Positions 7,583-16,466 of a DNA stretch of 16,670 bases are shown one piece after another. The stretch's first letter is position 1. Each line of letters begins with the position of its first letter. The notes under the pieces were generated by a model. That model was not told where the DNA came from, did not search any database, and worked only from the letters and a program-made list of their open reading frames with translations. This DNA comes from a virus. Its lineage: Duplodnaviria; Heunggongvirae; Uroviricota; Caudoviricetes. The position numbers were made by a program, and so were the translations under genes. Location: the IMG/VR virus record IMGVR_UViG_3300024270_000052. One strand, given 5' to 3'.

Positions 7583-8211
7583 TATTCTTCCTCCTCTAAG
7601 TCTAAATCATGAACATCATCTGGATTAGCTACTTCGTAATAAAATATACATCTACAACTGGGATGATATGGTGGGAGATTAACATCTTCATCTGGCGGAT
7701 ATTCTCCGCCTTCACACATATCACATCCACTTTCAATTACTAATAAAGTAGCATTAATAGGTCTTTTATTTTTCTTTACTGCATTTTCTACATTTTTAGT
7801 TTCTGTATTTAAAATTCTTTCAAATTTATAAACTAAATTATCTCTTATTTCTTTATAAGTTTTTTCTTTTAAAATATCTTGTCTTGTCTCTTCCCAAATT
7901 AAAGACAATCTATCTTGAATTGTTTTTCCATCTTCTTTATAAGTTAAATCAAAGATATTTTTGATATTAAATTCTTCTACTTCTTCATATAATTTTTCTA
8001 TATATTTACTTGTAATAAGATATGTTTCAGTTAATGATTCATAAAATAAATCTTCAATTTTTTTATATGCTTTATCCCAAAGTTTAATATTAAAATTATT
8101 TGAATATTCTCTGACAGCTTTTAAAGATTTATTTATAATTTTTTCAAAATATTTATCTTTAGATTCGTCAATTAAATCTTCTAATTTAAGTATTTCTTTT
8201 CTGATACTCAT
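7582..8211 (-). CDS. Protein with a phage MuF/SPP1 gp7 (minor head protein)-like C-terminal motif, 209 aa
   Basis: ERILNTET...CDMC...LPPYHPSCRC resembles the R..RTE...PP.HPNCRC signature. TAATG coupling to nrdG. Confidence 0.6.
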   Translation of the reverse strand: MSIRKEILKLEDLIDESKDKYFEKIINKSLKAVREYSNNFNIKLWDKAYKKIEDLFYESLTETYLITSKYIEKLYEEVEEFNIKNIFDLTYKEDGKTIQDRLSLIWEETRQDILKEKTYKEIRDNLVYKFERILNTETKNVENAVKKNKRPINATLLVIESGCDMCEGGEYPPDEDVNLPPYHPSCRCIFYYEVANPDDVHDLDLEEEE

Positions 8212-8216
8212 AACAA

Positions 8217-10508
8217 TTATCCATGTTTAACCCTTCGCTCTACCTCATCTTGTTTACCAAGGTTAAAAGCAGTTTTATAATTACCAGTTAAATAACCAGT
8301 AACTCTACGCAATTGTTGAATTTCTTTACTTCCGCATTCTGGACATTCATCATTAAATTCATCAGTATATCCGCATTTAAGACAAGTATCATTTGGAACA
8401 TTTACTGCGAAATAAGGAATATCTTTATCCATAGCATAATTTACTAAAATTTCTAATGCCTCAAGATTATTTTTAATTCCACTATCCAATTCAACATAAG
8501 TAATACATCCAGCAGAAGAATAACAGGTTAATTGAGATTCAATATCAATTTTTTCAAATGGAGACATCTCTATCCACACAGGTACATGCATAGAATTAGT
8601 AAAGAATTCTTTATCGGAAACATTCTCAATTACACCATATTTATCTTTAAATTTCTTTAAAGCAGTATGACATAGGTTTTCCGCAGGTGAATAATAAACA
8701 CCAAAATTTAATTTATATTCATTTTTAAATTGAGCACAACGAGTTTTAAACAATTCTTCAATTCGTTTTGCTAATTCCATTCCTTCTGGAGTAGTATGAT
8801 TTTTTCCAATAAGAATTTGAAGCGTTTCAGCAAGACCTAATTGTCCAAGAGCAAGGGTACCATGCTTAAGAGCGGAACGTATTCCTTCTTCTGGAATATA
8901 TCCTGCCATAAGTCCATTTTCATACATAAACTTAGCAGAATCAGGAGATTGACTACAAATCCATTCAAATCTTTCAATAAGCATATCTTTAGCATCATAT
9001 ATTGCTTTATCAAGAATTTCCATAAAAATATCTACAAGTTCAGTAGTATATTTATATTTATCTGTAAATTGATTTTCCCACTCTTCTTTTGCTTCCATGG
9101 CTAATGTAGGAAGAATAATTGTTACAGGACAAATATTACCTCTACCATCTTTGAGTTGACCAAAACCATTAATATCCCAACCATTTGCTGTGCGGCATCC
9201 CATCGTTGAGAAATAAGTTCTTGGGTCATTAATATCATATCCAGCATTACCAGACCAATCAACATTTGCGTAATTGGGATATAGTCTTTGAGCGGTTGAT
9301 TTTAAAGCCAATTGGAATAAATCATAATTGGGGTCTCCAGGTTTACGATTTACACCTTTCATACATTGAAAGATTCCACAAGGGAAAATAGATGTTTTAT
9401 GTAAAGCTCCAATACCTTCAATGGATACTTCAAGCAAAGCTTTAGTCACCATTCTACCTTCTGGTAAAGTACAAGTACCATAATTAATAGAAGTAAATGG
9501 CAACTGATTGCCTGAACGAGATTGAAGTGTATTAAGATTATGATACATTCCTTCTACGGCTTGATGTGTTTCTTTTTTTGTTTCAAATAGAGCTGCTTGA
9601 CTTAAATATTTATCAAGATTAACAATATTACTAAAAGTGAAATCTTCATATTTAAGATTAAATTCTTTTAAATATTTTTCTTTATGATTTTCAACCCAAT
9701 TATCTAATTCTTCATTTGGCATATCCAAAAGAGACAGAGCTAAAAATTCGTCAGTATGTTTTACATATTCTAATACATAATGTTTAAAAAATGATTTGCG
9801 TATATAAGGCACCATGGTCCAGTCAATATGTGTCGCAGAAACACCACCAAATTGTTGTAAACTTTGTAATTGGAAAATAACCGCTACAAGCTGAAATGCT
9901 GTATTTACAGAACCTGCGGGACGCACATCTGTTTGTCTGGTATTAAATCCTTTAGCAAGCAAATCATCAAAAGGAATAGATAAGCAATTATGTGAACCAA
10001 CATAATAACTATTTAAGTCATGAATATAAATACGATTATTTAAATGATTTTCTCTTGCTTTTGGTGATACAATAAAATCTAATGCTAATTGTTTCGTGAC
10101 CACATCTCCAGCTTCACCTGTGCGGCCTCCAAAAGATGCTTCATCTACATTAGCATTTTGGTTTTGGATATTTGTAGCATTTAATTTTTCTTTAACTGCG
10201 TCAATAAAATCATTTTCATAATGTCTAGCAACTTCTTTTTTATATCTATAACGAATATATTCTCTTGCTACATCACTGCGTTCAGAACGCATTAAATATT
10301 CTTCAACTTTATCTTGAACTTTTTCAACAGTAAATGGTTTATCTGAATTATGTACAGCATCTTTATAAATAGCTTCCGCTATATCAGCAGCTGTATCTGT
10401 TTCATAAAGTTTTCCATCAACTTCAAGAAAAGCTTTATTTATTGCGGTAATAATTTTACCTTTATTAAAAGGAACAAGTGTTCCATCTCTTTTATAAATT
10501 TGTACCAT
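8217..10508 (-). CDS. nrdD: Class III (anaerobic) ribonucleoside-triphosphate reductase with an N-terminal ATP cone, 763 aa
   Basis: ATP cone (IYKRDGTLVPFNKGKI), HNCLSI, TMGCRT (thiyl Cys), Zn site CLKC...CPEC and glycyl-radical loop RRVTGYL. SD GGAGG. Confidence 0.97.
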   Translation of the reverse strand: MVQIYKRDGTLVPFNKGKIITAINKAFLEVDGKLYETDTAADIAEAIYKDAVHNSDKPFTVEKVQDKVEEYLMRSERSDVAREYIRYRYKKEVARHYENDFIDAVKEKLNATNIQNQNANVDEASFGGRTGEAGDVVTKQLALDFIVSPKARENHLNNRIYIHDLNSYYVGSHNCLSIPFDDLLAKGFNTRQTDVRPAGSVNTAFQLVAVIFQLQSLQQFGGVSATHIDWTMVPYIRKSFFKHYVLEYVKHTDEFLALSLLDMPNEELDNWVENHKEKYLKEFNLKYEDFTFSNIVNLDKYLSQAALFETKKETHQAVEGMYHNLNTLQSRSGNQLPFTSINYGTCTLPEGRMVTKALLEVSIEGIGALHKTSIFPCGIFQCMKGVNRKPGDPNYDLFQLALKSTAQRLYPNYANVDWSGNAGYDINDPRTYFSTMGCRTANGWDINGFGQLKDGRGNICPVTIILPTLAMEAKEEWENQFTDKYKYTTELVDIFMEILDKAIYDAKDMLIERFEWICSQSPDSAKFMYENGLMAGYIPEEGIRSALKHGTLALGQLGLAETLQILIGKNHTTPEGMELAKRIEELFKTRCAQFKNEYKLNFGVYYSPAENLCHTALKKFKDKYGVIENVSDKEFFTNSMHVPVWIEMSPFEKIDIESQLTCYSSAGCITYVELDSGIKNNLEALEILVNYAMDKDIPYFAVNVPNDTCLKCGYTDEFNDECPECGSKEIQQLRRVTGYLTGNYKTAFNLGKQDEVERRVKHG

Positions 10509-10578
10509 TAATAAATCCTCCGAAAATATTAATTTGGGGCGACCCTATTATATTTAATAGTTGTTTTTTTATGGTTAA

Positions 10579-11133
10579 TTACTTCTGCCCAATGATGCTT
10601 AAAATTGTCTTTACGTTCTTCATTAAGTCTAATGTATTATCATTTTGTAATTCAATATATTCAAAAGGTAAATCTGAAAAATCTTTTTTATCAGTTCCAT
10701 AACGTCTAACAATTTCATCAACATTTGGTTCATCTTCTCTATTTAATTGTCTTAAAAGTCTTTGTTTATCAGAAGCTTTTATATAAAAAATAGTTACATC
10801 AATTTGAGGGTCTGATAGTAAAAATTCAACACGAGATGGGTCAAATACTCCTATATTTATAACATCTGAACGTAAACATTCATAATCAGTTCCATAAAAC
10901 CAATCATTAAAAGTTGCCATTTCTACTAATTCATTATTAATAGCTTTTTGCGCAAATTGCTCTGGTGTTATAAAATAGTAATTAATACCTTCAATTTCAT
11001 TATCTCTACGAGGACGTGTAGTATAACTAATAATAGAATGAACATCATTAGTATTTTCTAAAATCATTCTTAATAATGTATCTTTACCAGAACCAGATTG
11101 CCCAATTAAAGCAATTATTTTATACTTCTTCAT
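10579..11133 (-). CDS. gmk: Guanylate kinase
   Basis: P-loop GQSGSGKDT, SYTTRPRR.NE.EG.NYYF and YGT motifs; 184 aa. Confidence 0.9.
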   Translation of the reverse strand: MKKYKIIALIGQSGSGKDTLLRMILENTNDVHSIISYTTRPRRDNEIEGINYYFITPEQFAQKAINNELVEMATFNDWFYGTDYECLRSDVINIGVFDPSRVEFLLSDPQIDVTIFYIKASDKQRLLRQLNREDEPNVDEIVRRYGTDKKDFSDLPFEYIELQNDNTLDLMKNVKTILSIIGQK

Positions 11134-11359
11134 TTATGTCAATAGCCTCATCTTCATATTCATATTTTAATTGATTAGGTAATTCATTACGATAAAAAGT
11201 ATATTTCCTTTTACAGGTAGGACAAAAATAAACATACTGTTCAGGATAAGTACATAAAACTTTACCAGTACTTTTTATTTCTTCATTACAATCTTCACAA
11301 TAAAAGCTATCTATATAGATAGCTTTTACATATCGTCTTTTAATTTTCATCTTCTTCAA
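11120..11359 (-). CDS. Small zinc-ribbon-like protein, 79 aa
   Basis: CEDC...CPTC pairs; overlaps the dnaE stop and the gmk start. Confidence 0.7.
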   Translation of the reverse strand: MKKMKIKRRYVKAIYIDSFYCEDCNEEIKSTGKVLCTYPEQYVYFCPTCKRKYTFYRNELPNQLKYEYEDEAIDINEEV

Positions 11360-13847
11360 TTCCTCCTTGATAACGTTCCGAAGTTAATTTTAAATCAGTT
11401 TTATTTACAATTTCTTCAATTTTATACAACTGATGACCTGGCGTACTATTGTATTTTTTAACAATAAAATTATCTCCAGAACGAATACCCATAACCGCAA
11501 TCATATTACCACGATTAAACCAAGATTTTTCTACAATCTTTTTAGTTCCATCAGGATTTTTGATAGAAATTTGTTTATCAAATAAAGAAAAATATTCTTT
11601 TCTAAATTTAACTTCTACAACTCCATGAGTTGTTAATAACGTTACTGTGCTTTTAACCTTATTTTTTGCTATACAGGTTCCGCAAATTTTATGAAGTTTA
11701 AACATATGAATTTCTTTTCCTCCACGAGCAAACACTTGGTCTACTATTGGTTCTTCTGGCAAAGCAAAGAAATCAACAAATCCATATTTATTATGATTTA
11801 CATCAATTAATTCATGTTCGTGATAATAAAAACATAAAACTTCCATCTCCCAAGCAGAAATTGTACCTGAAGCATATTTCTCCCAATCTTCAAGAAAAAC
11901 AGCATCATTTATTTTTACTAAGATTTCATCTTTATTTTCATTAATCCATGTTCTAAAAATATCCATCCAATTTTGATAAATTTTTTCCCATTGCTTAATA
12001 TTCATAAAGAAAATTGTATCTTTTGTTATAATCAAATTATCACAATGTACTTCAATAAGAAAATTAATAGCTCTTTCATCTAATTTATATAATTCATTAT
12101 TAAATTTACAAATTGCTTTTAAATAACGATTAAATTCATATACTCTTCTTGCTAAAATTTGTTCTTCAGTTTCAGATGGAAGTAGATTATATTTAATTAA
12201 TCCACCCATATTTTGTAGAGTAATTCTTTTTTTTCTATCGCAAGTTTCCCAAATATACCAAGCCATACAAGTTTTACGTTCCATCATATCATCAAAAGCT
12301 CCACCCTTAATCAATGAAATCATAGCTTGCTTGCCTGGATTTACTTTATTCAAAAAATCTCGCGGAGATACATAAGGTCTATGTTCAATGATAGATGCTA
12401 CGACATCATCACCAACATTTAATAATCCTTTTAAACCAAAAAGAATTCTATTGTTCTCAGCATCTGGCGCAAAGCCATATTTAGATTTATTAATATTTGC
12501 TAAACTAACTTTAATACCAGCAGCTTGAATATCACCAATAGCTTTCGCAATTTTACCATAATCAGTACTTGCGCCAGCTTCTTCATCAGTTGCGCCACTA
12601 TTAACAATTAAACAAGCTGTATTCCAATAGATAGGATTAAATTTAGTTGCCAATAAAATTGTTTGAATACCAACAAATGAATAAGGTAATGAATGATTTA
12701 AACTAAAAGCATATCCAAGTTGTGGAGCGACCGCAACTTCCCAGACATAATCTGCTATATTAGAATTTCCAATTTTTTCATACACTTGCGCTTTTAATTC
12801 CGGAATTTTTGACATCTGTTTTTTTGCTACTATTTTACGAGCAGCGTTTGCTTCACCTAAAGTAAAATTAGCAACCTCCATCAAAATTTCCATCATTTGC
12901 TCTTGGATAGGACAGCAACCATAATATTTATCACAATGTTTATGCATTAACTCAATCATTTTTTCAGGCAAATGATTAAATTTCATTTCTTTATCAAAAA
13001 TATTAATTCCTGATTTTTGAATGCGAGCATATCTATCTTGCTGACTTTCTTTACCTTTTTCAGACATAAGTCTCATCATAGCATTTGCGGCAGTCATCTC
13101 TAAAGGATTTTGTGGTTTAAGTTTTTTCGCAATTGCTAATCCAACACCACCACTAAACTGAAATACATCCAATATATCACCTGCGGCTAAATGATTCCAA
13201 ATATAATTTTCAGATGTGTCAATTATTTCTGGATGAATATATTTATTATAAGTTTCTCTTAAACCAATATTTTCAATTAAATTATCCTCATGTAACATTT
13301 CAAAACATTTAATAATTTTATCAGAAACTTCAGTTACAAGAAAATCATATTTAGTATCACCTGCTGCTTCCGCCGCATGTAAGTCAAAACAAGTAATTAA
13401 ATCTCCATTTGGTGCTCTCATAAAAGATGCTGTATCAAATGGATTTTTATCATAAAGAATTACACCAGAAGCATGAATGCCACGTTTATTTACTAATCCC
13501 TCTATTGAAATGATAATATCAACCAATCCAGGATATTGATTAACTTCTTTTATAAAAGTTGTAACTGGTTTTCTATCTTTTTCTTCATCACCATATAATA
13601 CTTCTGAAATAGACCATAAAAATCCACGTTCTTGAGGAATTAATGATGACATATATTGCGCTACATCTACATCTATTCCTTCTGGATATTCTTCACTTCT
13701 ATAACCACGACAAGCTGTAAGAACAGCTGATTTAGTTCCTTCAGTTCCAAAAGTTGCTACCTGAACCAAACCAAATTCTCCACGTTCTTTACGAATTGCT
13801 TCAAAAATCGCTGGTCTTTTACTTGGAGCCAGGTCTATATCAATATC
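11340..13847 (-). CDS. dnaE: DNA polymerase III alpha subunit (family C), exon 2
   Basis: The frame extends upstream of the track ORF to GAT at 13845-13847: DIDIDLAPSKRPAIF...VQVATFGT...HASGV...GYAFSLNHSLPYS...FGLKGLLNVG and a C-terminal OB-like region. The spliced product is 1292 aa. Confidence 0.93.
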   Translation of the reverse strand, partial: DIDIDLAPSKRPAIFEAIRKERGEFGLVQVATFGTEGTKSAVLTACRGYRSEEYPEGIDVDVAQYMSSLIPQERGFLWSISEVLYGDEEKDRKPVTTFIKEVNQYPGLVDIIISIEGLVNKRGIHASGVILYDKNPFDTASFMRAPNGDLITCFDLHAAEAAGDTKYDFLVTEVSDKIIKCFEMLHEDNLIENIGLRETYNKYIHPEIIDTSENYIWNHLAAGDILDVFQFSGGVGLAIAKKLKPQNPLEMTAANAMMRLMSEKGKESQQDRYARIQKSGINIFDKEMKFNHLPEKMIELMHKHCDKYYGCCPIQEQMMEILMEVANFTLGEANAARKIVAKKQMSKIPELKAQVYEKIGNSNIADYVWEVAVAPQLGYAFSLNHSLPYSFVGIQTILLATKFNPIYWNTACLIVNSGATDEEAGASTDYGKIAKAIGDIQAAGIKVSLANINKSKYGFAPDAENNRILFGLKGLLNVGDDVVASIIEHRPYVSPRDFLNKVNPGKQAMISLIKGGAFDDMMERKTCMAWYIWETCDRKKRITLQNMGGLIKYNLLPSETEEQILARRVYEFNRYLKAICKFNNELYKLDERAINFLIEVHCDNLIITKDTIFFMNIKQWEKIYQNWMDIFRTWINENKDEILVKINDAVFLEDWEKYASGTISAWEMEVLCFYYHEHELIDVNHNKYGFVDFFALPEEPIVDQVFARGGKEIHMFKLHKICGTCIAKNKVKSTVTLLTTHGVVEVKFRKEYFSLFDKQISIKNPDGTKKIVEKSWFNRGNMIAVMGIRSGDNFIVKKYNSTPGHQLYKIEEIVNKTDLKLTSERYQGGIEEDEN

Positions 13848-15029
13848 CGTTTATTGGACTATATTTTTCATAATGACTTACTAAGAGCATTTTACTTCAG
13901 TCATTACTAGAACATCTTTCAGACGGTGCTTATCTCCGCCTTACATAAATAGTCTCTACACATTTAATCTTATTTTTCTATTTGTTTCCAATAATAGCCT
14001 TTATATAAAGTTCCATTTTTAATCGCTTTATCTAATTGAGTGTGTCCTTTCATTCCTAAGAATTGTAAGACTGCGGTTTTAGCATTAAATATTTGAATTA
14101 AATTGTAATTTTCATCATACATTTCAATTCGTTTTCCATTTAATGCTTGATTACCACTTTTACCATACATACCATTTTTTTCGCCAGCGGTTTTACCTTT
14201 ACTATTTACAGACATTTTCTACTTAGACTCTTCTGTATGTTTTTTACCATACATTCCATTATTAGAACCTTTTGTTTTTTCACTCATTTTTTGTTTAAAC
14301 TCTTCAGTTCTATAAGGAGAGTTGTCTCTTTCAAATTCTGCCCAATAAGATAAAAATGCTTTAGTTTTTTCACTATGGTATTTTCCATACATTCCATTAT
14401 TCTTACCACGATTTACTTCACTTAATTTTCGGCACAAAACTTCTTTTTCTTCTGGTGTATATCCTGCGGTAGTGTTTCCTCCACAACCGCCCTCATGAAT
14501 ATTATAAAACAATGGATTTGATGTGGCATTATATAAGGCAATAAATTGTTTTTCTTTTTCACTATTTTCTAAATCATTTTTAGAAACAAATAAAATGGAC
14601 TTTGTAAAACAGTCTTTTCCATATTTGGCAATTTCTTTTTTCAATTCTTTTCCGCTGCCTAAATATGAATCATCTAATTCTCCATAATGTTTTCCGATAT
14701 ATTTCATACCATTTATATTATTAGTAGTTAAATAAATATAATGTTGTTTCATTTAAACAACCCCCTTTCATATATATTTAACTTTTAGAATTAGACAATG
14801 ACCTGACTTTGTCCAAGATTTTTAGCACGGTATTCCCAATCTAACCTTTTTTAGGTCATAGGGTCTCTTAGTCAGTTGATTCGCATTTATATAACATAAA
14901 TCCTATTTCGCTGATACCGTTAGCCTGCGGTTACTCGTCTCGCCGGTCGGATGACCGGGCCGCCGCAGACACCCATTAAGCAATGGTTAATGTTCTTTTT
15001 TTACAACTGCCCAATATCAATATTAGACT
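13848..15029 (-). mobile_element. Group I self-splicing intron (1182 nt) in dnaE, with a homing endonuclease in the P6 loop
   Basis: P1: exon AACTGCCU pairs with GGGCAGUU (15005-15012), giving a U.G pair at the 5' splice site; terminal G at 13848. P3 AGAACATT/GATGTTCT; P4 ACGGTAT/ATACCGT; P7 GACTA/TAGTC with J8/7 AAAAATATAGTCC; P8 TAATGACT/AGTCATTA. Removal restores in-frame ERAELP-DIDID. Confidence 0.93.
13970..14752 (-). CDS. Intron-encoded GIY-YIG homing endonuclease with NUMOD3-type repeats and a C-terminal NUMOD1/HTH-like region, 260 aa; TAG=Gln at 14219-14221
   Basis: N-terminal HYIYLTTNNINGMKYIGKH and YLGSG; repeated NGMYGK.H.E..K motifs. Track ORFs 14219-14752 and 13970-14215 join in frame as KHTEESK-Q-KMS. 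SD GAAAGGGGG. Confidence 0.9.
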
Positions 15030-16400
15030 AGGCAGTTCGGCTCTCTCTTTATTTAAAAATCTCCAATAAGGGAGACCCCAACGAATTGGGTCAAGTTGAG
15101 TAATACCAAGCAAATAATTTGAAAGAAAACCGGTCGCAGAACCTCGTCCAGGTCCAACAATTGAACCGCATTCCCAAAACAAATCAATATAATGTTTAAA
15201 AGTATTGAAATAAGCGAAAAGACAATCATCAAGTTTTTCTCCAATAAACTTAATTACATCTGCCTCAATTTCAATACGATTAATATATTCTTCATTAAAT
15301 AAATTTTTATTTATTAATTCTTGTAGACATTCATTAATCCAATATCTTTCTTGAGATTCATCAGATATTAAAAGTGATTTAATAATCGGCCAATTAGTAT
15401 CTAATTCATCTTTTAATGAATTATTAATACCAAAATAAGATAAAGTTTTAGGATAATCTTTTACTTTTACTTTTGGAATAATTTGTTTTCTTTCAATTGA
15501 ATAAAATTCAATTTTATTTTTTATTTCATTTGTATTATTTAAAATCCATTCTGAAATATCATCATCTTGATAAGCATATGTTAATAATTCTTTAGCTTCA
15601 TTATAATCCATTAAACGAGCAAATTCATAAAATGAATCAACTTCTCGTTCTCCACCTTTAGAATTTAAATAAGCTTTATGAACCCATCTATCTTGACTTG
15701 TATAATAATGAGCATCAGTTCCTGCGACTAATTTAATTCCAAAAGATTGAGAAATAGAGTATAATTTTTTATTAACCAATACTTGGTCTTTTGTAGTTGC
15801 TGGGGCGCATTCTAAATAGAAATCATCACCAAATAATTCAAGACAATAATTAATAAAATCAATTATTTTTGAATAATATACTTTCATTGTTTCCATGTCT
15901 TGAACTTCTTCAGCTAAACAAAATTGTAATAAATTTGATGATAATTCTCCACCAAGACAAGCTGTTGTAGCTATTAAATGTCCTTTATATTTATTAACAA
16001 TAGTTGATAATTCTTTTTTTAAAACTGGAACTCTTTCCATTTTTCTATCAACATATAAATTATACCAAGCTATTGAACTTAATTCTTTTAATGCCATATA
16101 ACCAATTTTATCTTTGGCAATTAAAATAAAGTGATAATATTTTTGACCACTACTTCTATCATCTGTTAAATAAATTTCATTACCAAGTGCAATTGTAAAA
16201 TCTGGATTTGTCTCTCTCAATTTCTTAGCATATTGATTTACTTCCATGTGCGCAGATAAACATTCATGGTCTGTAATTGCTATACCGTTTAAACCCAATT
16301 CAATTGCTTTATCAATTAAATCTTTAGGTCTATTTATACAATCAAGTAAGCGAATATTTGAATACATTGTATGATTATGACAATTAAAATAACTGTTCAT
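15030..16400 (-). CDS. dnaE: DNA polymerase III alpha subunit, exon 1 (PHP domain and start of the polymerase domain)
   Basis: PHP motifs HNHTMYS, AITDHE and GTDAHY; GPGRGSATG, LLGITQLDP and WRFLNKERAELP. 457 codons up to the splice site. SD GGAGAG. Confidence 0.95.
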
Positions 16401-16437
16401 ATATATTCACTCTCCATTTTTATTTTTTCATATAAAT

Positions 16438-16466
16438 ATTATACCATATTTTATATGAAAAATCAA
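16438..16466 (-). promoter_or_regulatory. sigmaA-type promoter for dnaE, overlapped by an inverted repeat
   Basis: TTGATT (16461-16466)-17 bp-TATAAT (16438-16443) with TG extension. Inverted repeat TTTTTCATATAAA (16424-16436) / TTTATATGAAAAA (16450-16462). Confidence 0.75.

Noticed and set aside
10509-10578. NrdR boxes or a promoter upstream of nrdD
   Set aside because: There is an imperfect palindrome (CTATTA-TATT-TAATAG) and a TATAAT, but the match to the NrdR consensus is poor and there is no -35.
2-14752. TAG as pyrrolysine, or TGA recoding (code 4/25)
   Set aside because: TAGs sit in poly-Gln runs and Gln motifs. TGA is used as a real stop in dut (ATGA overlap with ruvC), nrdG and the 16463 ORF.
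13848-15029. Intein, group II intron or naturally split dnaE as the explanation for the dnaE gap
   Set aside because: The insert is not in frame with the exons, there are no intein terminal residues and no reverse transcriptase, while group I P1/P3/P4/P7/P8 and the terminal G are present.
6208-15244. Track ORFs 6208-6504, 8841-9104, 10478-10702, 11747-11944, 14147-14353 (+) and 15053-15244 (-)
   Set aside because: Antisense or off-frame shadows of well-supported genes, with no recognisable motifs.
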